Positions 1 through 17,515 of a DNA stretch of 64,000 nucleotides are shown one piece after another (the stretch's first letter is position 1; each line of letters begins with the position of its first letter). The position numbers and the translations under genes were made by a program. The stretch is from the human T2T-CHM13v2.0 reference genome, Homo sapiens, in assembly GCF_009914755.1 (NCBI RefSeq), contig NC_060926.1; one strand, 5' to 3'. The notes under the pieces were generated by a model. It was not told the DNA's origin. It saw only the letters and a program-made list of their open reading frames with translations, and made no database searches.

Positions 1-929
1 ATCTTATGGCAATTTAAAAGAATTATTTGTATTTAAGAATAAGTGAAACTACAAAATGTTGTGGATAATTGGTTTAAGAATTTCATAAATTTAGCAACTC
101 AGTTGTTAATTTTACCTATAAGATTCCTAAATATTTATCAGAAATGGAAACAATTAGGGTGTAAAAATAGGATGCTACAAGTATTTCTGGTGAACCTTTT
201 GCAAGCTGAATAGACAGTACAGTGTAATGGGTCTAACGGGAAGACCGTTAAAAAAAATCTGATGGACCTAACTGAATCCTGGCTGCAGACTTTCCTAAGA
301 ACTCTAGGTAAAAATCATGAATATTATCCTTCCCAGGTTATACTGACACAGACGAAGGTCCCAAGAGTGTGTCACCTGGAGTCTGTGAAATCAAGATAAC
401 ATATACAAAGCACCTAGCAAATTATGTGGTACAGAGGAAGTACTTAATAAATAGTAACCACCATTGTCATAATAACAATCTTCACCATAATTATCAGCAT
501 CATCAAAGCACTATAGTTTGTGCTTAATGATACAGAGATAAAAAAAAATTATATGGTCCGTGCCTTCAAAGAACTAATAATACCATGGAACGGCAAGACT
601 TTAAAAGTGACTATTATCCAAATTACTAATATAAATGTGAACAACTGTTTCGGAGGAAGAGAGAATAGAACCAGGAAAGGCTTCAGAGAGGACGTGGCAT
701 CTGAACAGGATCACAGAGGATAATTAGAATGTATATAAATGCAAGTGTGGGAAAATATAATCCAGACAGAGAACAGCAAGAAAAAACCAGCAAAAGATTT
801 CAAAGGACAAAGAATTTTCAGGGAGAGATTAAAGCACAGATGTGTGGGTGGTAAATTAGAGGAGAGAGGTAAGGAAAGATAGGCTTTCTCACCTAGGTAA
901 CCAAGAGACTGAATACAAGGCTGAAAAGG

Positions 930-1195
930 CGGTGCAGTTTAACTCTTTGACAGCACAGGCTCTGGTGGTGTTTGGCCCAGACTCACTGCCCACATTTGCC
1001 ACTTCCTAACAATGTAACTCTGACCAAGAAGTCACTCAATAGAGCAGAGCCTCAGTTCCCTTATTCGTATATTGGAGATGGATAACAACACTTTCCTCAT
1101 GGGGTTGTTGAGAAATTAAACAGAAACATAAAATAATAAATGCAAGGCATGTAATACAATGTCTGGCATATAACTAAGTGCTTCAATTAAAAGCA
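930..1195 (+). mobile_element. MIR SINE, degraded (one of many MIR/L2 fragments in the window)
   Basis: MIR core-like gagcctcagttcccttattcgtat...ctcatggggttgttgagaaattaaa...tggcatataactaagtgcttcaat. Confidence 0.7.
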
Positions 1196-2634
1196 ACCAT
1201 TATTATTAAGGATATCTGATCTTTTTTGCATGAAATGGGAATGATAGAGGATTTCTGAGCAGTGAAACATCAAAATCATGTTACTGATTAGAAAAATGTA
1301 TGGGCTGGGGCAGACTCAGGCACTTTTGATGAAGGCCTGAAGCTGTCTAATTCAGGAAGAAAGTAATTTAAAGCCCATTTCTGACTATAAGTCCTAACCA
1401 GTTTCACATAAAATGAAGCTGATTTTTTGGCCCTCTCACCCAAGTGCCAAGAAGAGATAAGTAGGAAAAGCTAGAATGTGAGGAAGCTGTTGTCATGAAG
1501 ACAAGCTGGAAGTTATAATAATAACCAAAGCCCCCAATATGGTGAATAACAATGAAAACAATATTCATAATAATTTCTGAAGGTTTACTATGCACCATGA
1601 ATTATATCACTTCATCATAACTATCTTTTTCTTGTATACTGTTATCATCTCCAATTTGTAGATGAGGTAACAATCTCAGATTTAAGAATTGACTATGGCA
1701 TTTTGAGCTGAATGATATTAAAATTTTAAAAAAGATAAAAATAACTTGTCCAAGGTCACACAGTAAGTAGTGGCACCAATATCTGAACTTGGACTATCTG
1801 ACTGCCTTGTCAATTACTATGCAATGCTACTGAACCAAACGGGCTATTCCAGAACAGTGTGGCAGTGGATTAAAATTACTCAGCTATGATGAGATATAGA
1901 AGGATTATCACTCTAATATTTTTCAAGTTATTAAATCAAATTAGTTCCTTTTACATTAGAACTTACTGTGCAGCTAATAACATTTGACATTTTAAAGGAA
2001 CATGCTCTCATTTTGTGTTGATAGTTCAAACATATAATAAAATTATGAGAAGTCCTTCCTAAAATAGAAGCATTGTGTTCTGGAAGCACCGAGTCATAGA
2101 TGTGCTTCACTATTACTGGTGCTCAAGAAAACGACACAGAAATGAAAGGCAGCTCTTTAGAAAAAGCTGTCAAGGACATTGACTAGACACTATCTCCTGA
2201 AGATTTTAGCTTCAAAATTGCTTATATTTTGATTTCAAATTGAGTTCTTAAAATTCACAGTCACTCTTACGGTTCAGCAAATATACAAACACATACACAC
2301 AAACATATGCATAGGGAAACAGAGAGGAAGAACCGTGATAAAATTTTAACAACTGGCAAATCAAGGGGAAAAGCATGTCAGTATTTTTTTTTTATCTGTG
2401 TAATTTTTCTAAGGGTTTTAAATTTTTCAAGATTAACAGGTAAAAAACCGCAATTATAACTTTTATAATGTAAAAACTAGAATAGGAAGAAGGAAAGTGA
2501 TTTCATTTCTCATCTTTTATGAAAGCAAGGAGAGGACTTAATGAGCTTAAAAATTAAAAAAGAACATCATTATTTCAAAACTTATTTACTTCATTATAAG
2601 GGTAATACAAATGATTTTTAAAAGTCATGAAATA

Positions 2635-2896
2635 CACTTTGGGAGGCTGAGGCAGGCAGAACACAAGGTCTGGAGATCGAGACCATCCTGGCCAACATGG
2701 TGAAACCCCGTCTCTATTAAAAATACAAAAATTAGCTGGGCGTGGTGGTGCGTGCCTGTAATCCCAGCTACCCAGGAGGCTGAGGCAGGAGAATCGCTTG
2801 AACTAGGGAGTCAGAGGTTGCAAAGAGCCGAGATCGCACCACTGCACTTCAGCCTGGTGACAGAGCAAGACTCCATCTCAAATAAAAAAAAAAAAA
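2635..2896 (+). mobile_element. Alu, AluSc-like, 5'-truncated
   Basis: gagatcgagaccatcctggcc and cagcctggtgacagag diagnostics, poly(A) tail, TSD aaaagtcatgaaata / aaaggtcataaaata. Confidence 0.92.
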
Positions 2897-4983
2897 GGTC
2901 ATAAAATAGATAAAAAAAGAAAATCTCTCATAGTTTCACTACAAACACGTAGGGAATTGCTTCCACCTTTTTCCCTATAATGAGATTGGGGAGGGGATAT
3001 TACACTGCAAATGATAATTTAGTACGCTATTTTTAAAAATTTGCTGATAAAGGAAACACACTCAGAATCAGTTTTGGTCCGAAAGATAGGAAGTCATGTG
3101 CAATACATAAACAGCTCTATTTACAGAAAAGAACAGCAGCAGCAACCATGACAACAAAACATGTCCATTGAATGACTAATTTGAGACTGTGTTACTCTGA
3201 GGTGGAATGAGTGTTCATCTGGCATTTCCCTATTATGTAATGTAGCATGGAAGACATTCACAAAAGTACAAAAGAATGGAAGGGAAATGTCAAGCAAAGA
3301 AAGGAAATTATTGAATCACAGCAAGAAGACAGATTTTTTAAGAATATAAATAAGCGAATCTTCAGTAAGAGAGTTTTCAGGTTCTGCATGGCATACACAT
3401 ACAATCAAAATAAAATATTCTTATATGAGAATGCAAGAAAGCAGAACTACATTCAAGCAAGCAAAACACACACATTTGAGATTTCTTGTAAATATAAATG
3501 TCATAGAATTTGAATCAAACCTGAAGGAACATTAGGTCTCTTCCATACTGAAAGTAAACTGGCAACCAGATTTTGTGGCTGGCTTGCATAGTAGATGCCA
3601 ATGTTTCAAAATTAAGGAATTTCACCAACACATACATGAAGTCAGGATGTTCCACCGCATGTTTAAAAACTGGGTGACAGGAAAATAGTGGAAAAAACAG
3701 GCTGGGGCCAAGGCAGCAGGGGCCTCCTTTAGACAAGGCCTAGGTGAGCTTTCTAGTTCGTCCCAGGCTCTCCCACTGCCTACCTCCTCTGAAGGCCACT
3801 GGAGGAAGGGAGGGGTATATACAAGCGAGCTAACAGTGAGGGACATAAACACTCATTCCATGTAGGTCCCGTGCCTCCATTAATGAACTGACCCACATAC
3901 TATGCACACTTTCCTCACTACATATGCAGCGGGTGGGGCAGACACTTCCCAGGAGAATGTCTTCTATTTATCAGCTCCCATGAAACAATCGGGGAACTGG
4001 CAAGGAATAAGAACTGCAAATAAACAAATGTGTAAATGGTACCGTAGTAATATAAAAAGGGTGAATTTAGGAAAATCATAATCAAGGTATATTAAAAGAA
4101 AAATGCCTGGAATGGTAAGGATGTTGGTATGCACACAATTCCAATCTCAAAGCTTGACTCCTGATAAATACAAATAATCTCCTTGTGGCTGCTCTCAAAT
4201 ATATGCCAACCTAGAATATCTTCCTGGGTTCTTGGAGAACTGTAGGCATAATTAAAAAACAAAACAGAGTATCTTCCTGGGCTTCACTTATCAGTGAAAG
4301 GGTGGACACACCTTGCTGTAACATGGCAGAGTGGATACTCATAAATATGGCCTGAAGTGATACAGAAATATTGCGGTAACAGAGTGGATCCACCATCCTG
4401 GATTGTGACGACAGCTTTCAGGAGGGCTCAACCTCACGAAACATAAGGCCTCATGCACTGCAGGTGCTCAGAGAACACTGGATGATCTACTTTGCCTCAC
4501 AGAGCAGGAAGAAGGAAAAAAAATCAGATTCAATTTGCTCTAGGTGGGCCGTTCTTTCTTCTCTTTTATTTTTCCTCTCCTTTTCACTTTAAAAACAATG
4601 TGCAATCCCTAGATAACAGCAAAGAGTTTAATAAAGTCTGAATTATGTGACATTGTTCAATATTTATATGAAACTTTAAGGCAGCTGAAGCTGAGACTGT
4701 GGTGAAGTAGCAATTTAAACAATCAAACCCCCCCAAAAAACTCAATAGTTTTGAAGTAAATCTTTCTTCTTTTTTTGAATATTGCACAGAGGAATTCTGC
4801 ATTAATTACCTGTTATCTGAGTGAATTTAATGCTATAAATCCTTTTGAGAATGACAAATATACTGGCTCACGCTTGTGGGACATTCCTGTTAGGAAGTTT
4901 TTTAAAGCTAGATGAAGGCAAGAAGTAGAAAGGGAAATAAGGCAAAGGCAGAGAGAAGCATGTCAAAGAGACAAGGTAAGACC

Positions 4984-5138
4984 TTGCTACTCAAAGTTCT
5001 TCCATGGACTGGGTATCACTTGGGAGCTGGTTAGAAATGCAGAATTTCAGACCCCACCCAGACCTACTCTATCAAAATCTGTATTTTAATAAGATCTCCA
5101 GGCAATTCCTATGCAGAATTAAGTGTGAGAAGCACTGC
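4984..5138 (+). mobile_element. MER5A-like hAT-Charlie MITE
   Basis: ctactcaaag...tgggagctggttagaaatgcagaatttcagaccccacccagacctact...aagtgtgagaagcactg. Confidence 0.85.
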
Positions 5139-5844
5139 TTTACTTTCCTGTGCTGGCTCTTAGTGTCAAAAAGAGGTGATATGGTGAGAGAAATGCATAC
5201 CTCTCTGAGCTTCATTTCCTAATCTGTAAAATTCAGATGACAATTTCTGTATGATAAGGTTGTTCTGAGGACTAAGGGAGTTACTGAATAGCACCTTTCC
5301 AAAGTCTTGGCATAGAGGAATTAGATGTTCATTAGGATTTTTTGTTTGTTTCCTTGTTTTTAAAATATTTGACAGCAGTATTTTCTTAATTCCAGGTTTG
5401 ACAGATATATGCTTTTAGAACATTCTTAGTGTTGAATTTTTTTTAAAGAAAACTTACTTTTCTTAAGCAAACAAATTCTTAACACGAACTAGAAATTGAT
5501 ATTTTCTTCTTGAAATATGATGTTATAAATACACATAAATAATAAGAGACAGCATACACATTTATAGATTTCTTTTATGAAAGAAATTTCATATGCACAA
5601 ATAATTAATTCCTTTGTCCTACCTTTAATTGTAGATGTATGAAAGGTCTTTGGCATGATTTAAAATCCTTAAAACACTCAACTCTCATGTCTAGAGGCAA
5701 GAACGTGGTTAAACTGAAAAGAAAGCCATCTGTACAGGTGGCCTGTCTAGGTGTTATAATTTTAACACAAAATTAGCACAGATAAAGGAAGAGGAAAAGA
5801 GAGCTTTTTGGGAGAGGCAGGAGCTGCAGTGAAAGAGCAAATGA

Positions 5845-8940
<3,096 letters not shown>

Positions 8941-11473
8941 TCAAATTCTTACTTTTTTATGCAGTCTCCCTGCCAGGAATATTGTGGGATAGTATATACA
9001 TAACCCAAAAGCATGTAATGTGCTTTTGTGTGTGACATCTGAAGATGTATATGAGTGAGGTTATTGTCAAAACAGACACTATGGAGGGTAGTGGGTGTCC
9101 AGGTTATGAGTTTGGGACTGAGGGAGGCTTGGTATGTCAACAAGAGAAAGGGTGAGGGGCACATAAGGCCTGGCACGGGCTCCTAGAGGTTAGGCTGTCA
9201 TGTCATGCCAAGGAATGAATAACTTGACAGCATTACTTTCAAAATCCACAATAACCATATCACTGCAAAGACCCTCCTTAGAACTACCTGGAAAACACAA
9301 ACTGTCTCCCCTAGATGATTCTGCCAGGTGCATTATTGGGAAGGGAAACCCAAACAAAGGGTGTCAGGTTTAACTGTGCAGATTCAAAAAATACTTGCCA
9401 AAATAAAAGTTATGGCTTTGTTTTTCTTCTTTTTATTTTTTAGGCAAAAAAAAAAAAAAAAAAAAAGTTCTCTGAAGTTTCTTTTGTTAAGAAGGCTTTG
9501 TTATTCTGTGTCTCTAGAATAAAAAGTAAGATCTTGTTCTGTTTCTCCACTCCCTAATGTCTTCTTCAAACCTTAAAAAACAGTCTGTATTAGAGTAAGT
9601 CTCAAATTGGATTCTTCTGTAAACGTGGCTAGAAATTCACTAAGATGAAATACTGCCTTTTAATATTCTTGAGATGCCCCAGTGGGACAAGACTAAGAAG
9701 CCCCATTGAAAGGGGACTAAAACAGTACCTGTTGAGACCCTTTCATCTTGGGAGACCAGGATCCAGAGTCAGCCTAGCCTGAAAGAAGCTGCGCTGCGGA
9801 TGGCAGCTCCCTGGGAGCTGATGGCTGAGAACTCACTGACAAGCTGGGAGTGAGATGGCAGTAGTGAGATGGGCCCTGGAAGGAGGGTAAGTGTTTCCCA
9901 CGTAGCATCTCTGCCTGCTCTGCTACCTGCTGCATGTGGAGTTGCTCAGGCAGCTTCCTCAGCCTGGAATTACCATCATCTATCTCCTCCAAACAGACTG
10001 TTCTTTCACTGACCAGCTCTGTGTCACCCCTTGTGTATCCTGCCCTAACTGCTCCCTCCACTCTGCCTTCTGTACAGCGCTTCCCATTCTATAGCACAGT
10101 GACTATGGCTACAGGCCAGATCGTCTCCCGCGCAAGACTGTGAGCTCCTTGGGGTTAGAGGTTGTTTCTTATCCATATGACTCCTTTGTGACTTCACACA
10201 GAGCATGGCACAGAGTAAACCCCATGAATCATTAATTTCTTTTTAAAATCGGGGGCCTAAATTAGCCACTGCTACAGCGACTTTCCTATCTGAAGAACCA
10301 TAAGCAAAGGGGTTTAGAAACACTGTGCAAGGTAAAAAGCACGGGAAGTAGAAACCCCTGCTTGCAATGTTTTTCCACCTTCACCTACATAGCTCATTCT
10401 ATATTCTGTCACTCAAACCTTGTGCACAAAGCCATGCAGGGAAATAGACTATGAAGGCATCGGCATCTGAGTACTACATTATCATTTAGAGCCAGGGTGG
10501 AATCCTGGTTCTATTTCCCAGCTGTATGACTCTGGGCAAGTCAACTCCTCTCTCTGAGCTTTTAGGTCCTCCTCTGAAAATGGCAACAACATATACAGCC
10601 GTTAGAAATAATAATCACAATAATCATTAAATCTACAAAGATCAATGGAAAGTCTTACAATAGCAAGTAGATAAGAGAATACAAAAGTTTATACATTTAA
10701 ATTGAAACTATATAAAAAGATATCTGCACCTGAACAATAACTGGTAGGTAACATGCAAATAAAAATAATTATATTACCAAATGGAATTATGGGGAGTTTT
10801 CTCAAACCCATCTTCATTATATTCTATCATATTTTCAATTAAAGAAAGAAAATTGGGGAGAGGACTTACATGGCTGACATGGATATTAGGCATTGTAAAG
10901 ACTTTTATGAATTTCGAGGACATGCATAACTGTTCATTTGTGGTTGCTCTTTTTCTTATCAGTATCATTGTACCTGAATGAAAAATTCTTTCTAAAAATA
11001 GCATCGGAGATACACATCTTTCTAGGCTTATAAAGCCTGTACACTTTGAGTCCTAAAACAAAGCTGACTTTAATTTATACAAAGTTTTTTTGTTTTTATT
11101 TTAAAGAGCATATATACTCACCCTGGGAATTTCCACACTTAATCAATACAGTTAATGTGTTGGAAATGAGAATCCCCTATCTTGTAGGAAGCTCAGAGCA
11201 GTTTCTGCCCTGACAGAATGATCATGATGATTATTATTTCTAATGGCTTTCAAGGAGGCAAGAGAAAACAATGCTCTCCATGGCAAGCAGGACCTGGAGC
11301 TGGTGGGGTCAGCACAGAGCTAAGAATACCATGTCTCCAAGTGCAGAGCCGCTCCTTTCCCACCTAAAAATGTGGCTTAGTCTTGGAAGCCTCATACATA
11401 CGGATACTAAGAGCAATTCTAATACTCTGAGGAAAGCCAGTTAATGAAGATGCACATACTGTTCTAGTCTTAC

Positions 11474-11563
11474 CCCTTGTCCACACTGGCGTGGACTGCT
11501 GCAACAACACCTTCCAGGACCTTCAGTGGGTCCCTTGGCCCACCAAGGTCAGCACTGCCACCA
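11474..11563 (-). CDS. NBAS: NBAS coding exon (exon 47), 90 nt, symmetric phase 2/2; not in the ORF track
   Basis: Acceptor tctctcttttcacag|TGGTGG and donor ACAAGGG|gtaaga. Translates (S)GGSADLGGPRDPLKVLEGVVAAVHASVDK(G), continuing the frame of the previous exon. Confidence 0.96.
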
Positions 11564-13596
11564 CTGTGAAAAGAGAGATAAACTGATTCAGAAAAGGATC
11601 ACTCAAGTCTCAGAAATAAACTTGGTATTCACACCCTTAAATGAACCTGGCTGGATTTTGGCACAGTATACTGCCTGCCCATAGTCATTTGTGCTATGTG
11701 ATGTCTACAAATGTACGAAGCCCTACACTAGGTGCTAATGAAACATTTTCTGCCCTTAAGGAGCTCAGTCTAATATACACATGTTTTCCTATCAAGAGAA
11801 TAACACATTCTACTTGCGCTGTGTCATTCGAAAAACATTCGTTGAACATTAACTGTATTGAGCTACTTTAAGCATTAAATGTAATAATGATTTAAATCCT
11901 CCAGTTGAAGTTTTTTTTTTTTTTTAAAAGCACTAATATTTACTTGCTACTAATAAGTACCAGGCAATGCTAAACAGTTCACATATATTCTGCTACTATT
12001 AAATGCAACATCCTATGAGACAAGTACTATTATTATGCCCATTTTACAGATGTTATGTGTAGAACTCTAGTGAATTCTGAAAATGCAACAGAGAAAAAAA
12101 ATATTTTCGATGAGTTTTTCGAATAATTTAATGATATAAATCAACTGCCAGATTCGGTTCCTTTCATGTCTTTGTTATTTCGTGCCTACTACATTTTATT
12201 AACTTCCTAAAAGGTAAATGTTATGAACACTGTCAATAAAAATTTATTTTCCTTAGAAACAGAAGTAGCTGAATTCCTTAAGTTCCCTTTTCCTTCCATT
12301 GCTGGAAGATTTAATTCACATTTATTGAATGTCTTCTGTGTGCCAAGTATACCATTTATTGGATCAGAACCAAATCTTTAGTGGTAGAATTGGATGCAGA
12401 AAAAGATAAGTATAATTTATGTCAAAAATTTATAAGTGTAAAAACTATTCCATCGTATTTTAATTATTCATGAAAATGGGCAATTTTTAAGAAATAAACT
12501 AAATTAATCAAAACACTAATTTTTCAAAATGCATATTTTTGTGAGCTTCATCTAAAACTTGGTTTAAGAAATAATAAAAAGATAACCATAAACCAAAAGG
12601 TATGAAATATGGCCAACAAATATCTGTCATCATTTGAAAGAGGACACTGGTTCATATAATCAACATCAAAAAATCCTAATAAGCAAACAATAAAACAAAG
12701 CTTTATTAATTTGAAATTTGTTCTTTTTTAGAAAAAGTTATGAAATTCTATATATCTCCCTATATATAAAATTAATGGATACCTCAGAGCATTAAGGTAA
12801 AAACTGTATGAGGCTGGGGTAATTAAACTGATAAAGGCTCATTTGATTTCAGTTCAGCTGCAGAAAACTGACATGCATTTAATCAAAAAGTTCCTCAAGA
12901 GCAATACAGAATTAAAAAGAATGCTTAAAAGGAGAATAAATTAAACATAACTAAATCTTTTAGCCTAATTGTATTATTCACAGAAAGTCCTTGATGCCTC
13001 ATTATTTCCTGAGCGTCACTTCTGCCTCTTTTCTAATCCTCTTGGATGCATTCCTACAAAGGCACCCACATATCGACGCAAAGCAAGAATTTCTCAATTG
13101 TCGGTTTTATGCCATTAATTGCAGGTAAATAATGTCTAAAGACACTTTACAGATGTCTAACTTCATCAGTGTATGATCAGCCTTGCCTTGGGTTTTTCAA
13201 AACAACCTTCTGGGAACCATTTTCCCACTACTACAAAGAATGGGAATTAGAAATGGTAAGATCTGAAAAACCATATTGAAGTCACAGGAGAGTCTGAAAC
13301 TTACTTACCTGTGTCAAATGCCATTTTGGCCTTTCCCTTATTTCAAGAAAAGATTGTAAAAGGGGGTCCAACCAGAAATTACATAGCTTAAGATGTTATA
13401 CACAATACCAACAATGAAACATTTTCATGGTCTCCCTTCTGAAGACATAAGACTATGAGAACTCTAAAAATAATCTCTCACTTTTGTAAAGTCCTTCAAA
13501 ACTTATAAAATGCTTTTACATACAGGATGACAGTTTAGCACCATCACTGACAAAGTGTCACCCCAGTTTTTCCACAATGACCACTTTCTAGCTTAC

Positions 13597-13799
13597 CTCA
13601 ATGCAGAAATTATTTTCATGATTGCACTCTGCACTATATCCTTGGGTGAGATGTCAAGAGGGCCAACTGCCACCTCTAGCAGCTGCTGAATCATTGCTAG
13701 AGGCTGACCATCTAAACAAATAGCCACAGCTTCATCATGAAGTTTCTCTTTTTCTGATCGGGACAGATCATAGAGGTGACTGTATTTTTGCAGTGTTTC
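13597..13799 (-). CDS. NBAS: NBAS coding exon (exon 46), 203 nt, phase 0 in / phase 2 out
   Basis: Acceptor tgtctttacag|GAAACA and donor TTGAG|gtaagc. Translates ETLQKYSHLYDLSRSEKEKL...IMKIISAL(S). Confidence 0.97.
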
Positions 13800-13929
13800 C
13801 TGTAAAGACATGGTAATCAGCACTTAAGTATCAAATAGAAATTAAATGTATCTACATGCACAAAGTGAAACATATTTAGATCCTCGAACCAAATACATGA
13901 AAAGCAGCAACACCATACCAAAGGGCATG

Positions 13930-14400
13930 TATTAGTTAGTTATTAAGAGCTTAGGCTCAAGGATCACCCACATTTGAGTGCAAATTCTGGCTTTACCATT
14001 TATTAGTTAGTGGGCCTTTGTGATCTCAAATTTCAATATCTGCAAAATGAGGTTGAGGAAAATAGGGTCGTGTGAATAGAGGGTGTTGTGAACATTAACT
14101 GAGATAATATAATGGTCAGTTCTTTAGCACTTCGGGAATAAAGTAATGCTCGATAAGTATGAGCTTTTCTATTATTACTAACGCACTACGACCACATAAT
14201 AATCTATTGAGCTATAACTATGTAATCCCAGGTATTATACATATGGTATCTAAATTAATACTTGTAATAACCCGGCAAGTATTTTTAAATTAGCTGCATG
14301 TTATAAAAAAGGAAATTAAAGACCAAGGAGATTGAGTAACATGACCAAAGTCACATGGCTACCAATTAGCAGAGCTAAGATTAGAACCCAAAAGTCTATT
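13930..14400. mobile_element. Two degraded MIR elements in opposite orientation
   Basis: caaattctggctttaccatttattag...tgcaaaatgagg on +, then attgagtaacatgaccaaagtcacatggct...gcagagctaagattagaaccca on -. Confidence 0.65.
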
Positions 14401-14599
14401 CCCCTGCCCTAGGCCACACTGCCTGCCTCTCTTTGATAAGATCTGTAAAAACAAATGTTATACCAAATAATTTAAGAAATAAGAGGGAAGCTATTGTTTT
14501 TTGGCATACCAAATACAGTCACTTAATGATAATAACAGTTTCCAGATTCTTTATAGTTTCCCTTGTAATCCTGAATATACTGTTTTGCCTTTGAAACCA

Positions 14600-14900
14600 A
14601 CCATGAGAAAACTCTGAATATAACTGAATATTTGATGATATTAAAGAATGTTTATTAATTTTTTTCTAGTGATCATGTTATAGTGGTTATTTTAAAGTAT
14701 CTTTTAGAGATAGATAGGGAGGTATTTATGAATAAAATGAAAAGATGACTGAGATTTGCTTCACAATCCACAAGAGCAAGGTGAGGGAAGGCAGCGGTAT
14801 GCATGAAGATTGGGCACGTTCTGACAGTTGTTGAAGCTGGGAGTTGGGCACATGAAGTTTCATTTCACTGTTCTGCCCATTGTGAAATTCTCTATTTCAG
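14600..14900 (+). mobile_element. Old L1M (L1MD/ME-type) 3' fragment
   Basis: tatttgatgatattaaagaat...gagatttgcttcacaatcc...gttgttgaagctggg, typical of old L1M 3' ends. Confidence 0.6.
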
Positions 14901-15333
14901 AAAAATCCCTATGAGTTAAGCAGGGCAATTTCTAGTATCCTCACCTAAGAGAAGAGGGAACTGAGGCTCTGTAGGATGAAAGCCTTCAACTTTGATTAAA
15001 TGAAGCTTCATGAGGATATAAGTTTTTTTGTACTGGGTATATAATTAAGGATGTTAAAATGAAGGTCTGAACTATAAAAGGGATAAATGCATGGGGTTGA
15101 AGGTTATTTCCAGCTTTTGCTATATAAGGTGCCTTAATAAAATTAAATAATGTCTAATTTAGGAACCTCAAGAGTTTCCTATTATGGGCCATCCATAGTC
15201 TGACTGAACGGTACTCACAAGTAGCTATATGGTACCTTTGCATCATATCTTAGATGAAACAAACATGTTTTTTATCAATAATCCCCTTGAATCCCCCCAT
15301 AAACTATTCTAGGTATTGGAAGACAATACTTGT

Positions 15334-15607
15334 GGCTGGGTGAAGTGGCTCAGACCTGGAAGGCCAAGGTGGGCGAGTAGCTTGAGCCCAGGACTTTGAG
15401 ACCAGCCTGGGCAACATGGCGAAACTCTGTCCCTACAAAAAATACAAAAAATTAGTTGGGTGTGGTGGCACACACCTGTAGTCCCAGCTACTCAAGAGGC
15501 TGAGGTGGGAGGATTGCTTGAGCCCAGGAGGTAGAGGCTGCAGTGAGTGAGCCTGGGCAACAGAGTGAGACCCTGTCTCAAAAAAAAAAAAAAAAAAAAA
15601 AAAAAAA
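15334..15607 (+). mobile_element. AluJ with two internal deletions; antisense to NBAS
   Basis: cttgagcccagg in both arms and gagaccctgtctc; A28 tail; TSD aagacaatacttgt / aagacaattcttgt. Confidence 0.93.
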
Positions 15608-16612
15608 GACAATTCTTGTTCCACAGAGAGTAATGACAATTCTCTGGGTTTTAATATAGTATATTAAAAAATAATATAAGTTTAAAATAATTTTAGATGT
15701 GTTTATTTAAAAATAAGTACTTAAAAATTTATAAGTATAGATCACTTTTCCTTGAAGATTGTAATTTTACTCTACTTCTCCTAATTATGAACTGTAGTAC
15801 TGTAAATGTTAGTAGGATAAAATCAAGATTGGTAAAGCCAATTTGTTTCCTGCAAAGCCTTCTATATTGTTCATACCATTATTTAACATTATTCATTAGA
15901 CAGAAAAATAGGCATTCCAAAACACAAAATGAATAAAATTTCTTTCAAAATTTTAAGTTCTTCCCATTATCTTTTCAATGGGGGCTTTGCATTTATGTCT
16001 TGTACAAATTTTGAAGTCTCCCATTTGCTCATTACCTGAAGTCTCCACTGACTGATCTTTCTAGCCATTCTACAAGGCAAGAATACAATTCAATAAATGT
16101 GTAAGGTTTAAGAAAAATAAAAGAGGAGGTTAACGGCCACTTACAAGGTTCATTTACCATAGTATTATAGGGCAAATGGAATATTATTCATATATATAAG
16201 CACTGTTTTCACTTACATGGAAATCATTTATTTATTGATTTGTCAACTTTCCAGTTATAGAAAAAATTATCTCAACTCCCACAATTGTTAAAATATAGAA
16301 CAAAATCTCTAAGGGCCTTAGAGAGCTTCTGGTTTCATTGTATAGTCCTAACACCTGCGTTTTCAAACCTCATCACAGGTAGGGAACCCCAAACTTCATG
16401 ATGTTGTTTTTGAGACACCAAGGAACTAGAAACCACCTAGAAACAATTTTAGTAGTCAAAAAATTCCTCTCAATAATGAAATTATATTTTATGTTGGAAA
16501 CATGCAACATAAAAACAGGATAAGGGTATACGTTTAACAAAAATACAGTGTAGACATAAAAGGCTATTTCTGATTTTTTTTCTGAAAATTAGGAGGGAAA
16601 AGAAAATCAAAA

Positions 16613-17123
<511 letters not shown>

Positions 17124-17515
17124 ATTTTTATTTTTATTTGTTAATTCTACCAGCTAGAAGTAAAGTCTGAGCACCACTGTCTTCTCATTTCTTCATTTTA
17201 GAGACCTCTCCCCTCACCCCAGGCAGCTATCCATTGTTCAACTCCTGCTACCATCTCCATTTCCACCCTTCTCACCCACTTCCTCTATTTCCCCATATCA
17301 ACGGTGCCAAGTGGCTTAACATCATTTTGAAAGAAGTGGAAACTGAATTGTCAATCAAGTGATCATGAAGAGGTTAACCAATAAAGGCTTGCGGACAATT
17401 TTCAAGGATATCTGCAAGCCTGAAAACCCTGTCAAAACGACTAATGTAACTTTCAAGGAAAAAAGAAAGAATATACTGATACAGAGTGAGCATATAGAAG
17501 TTCCCATTTCTTTAC

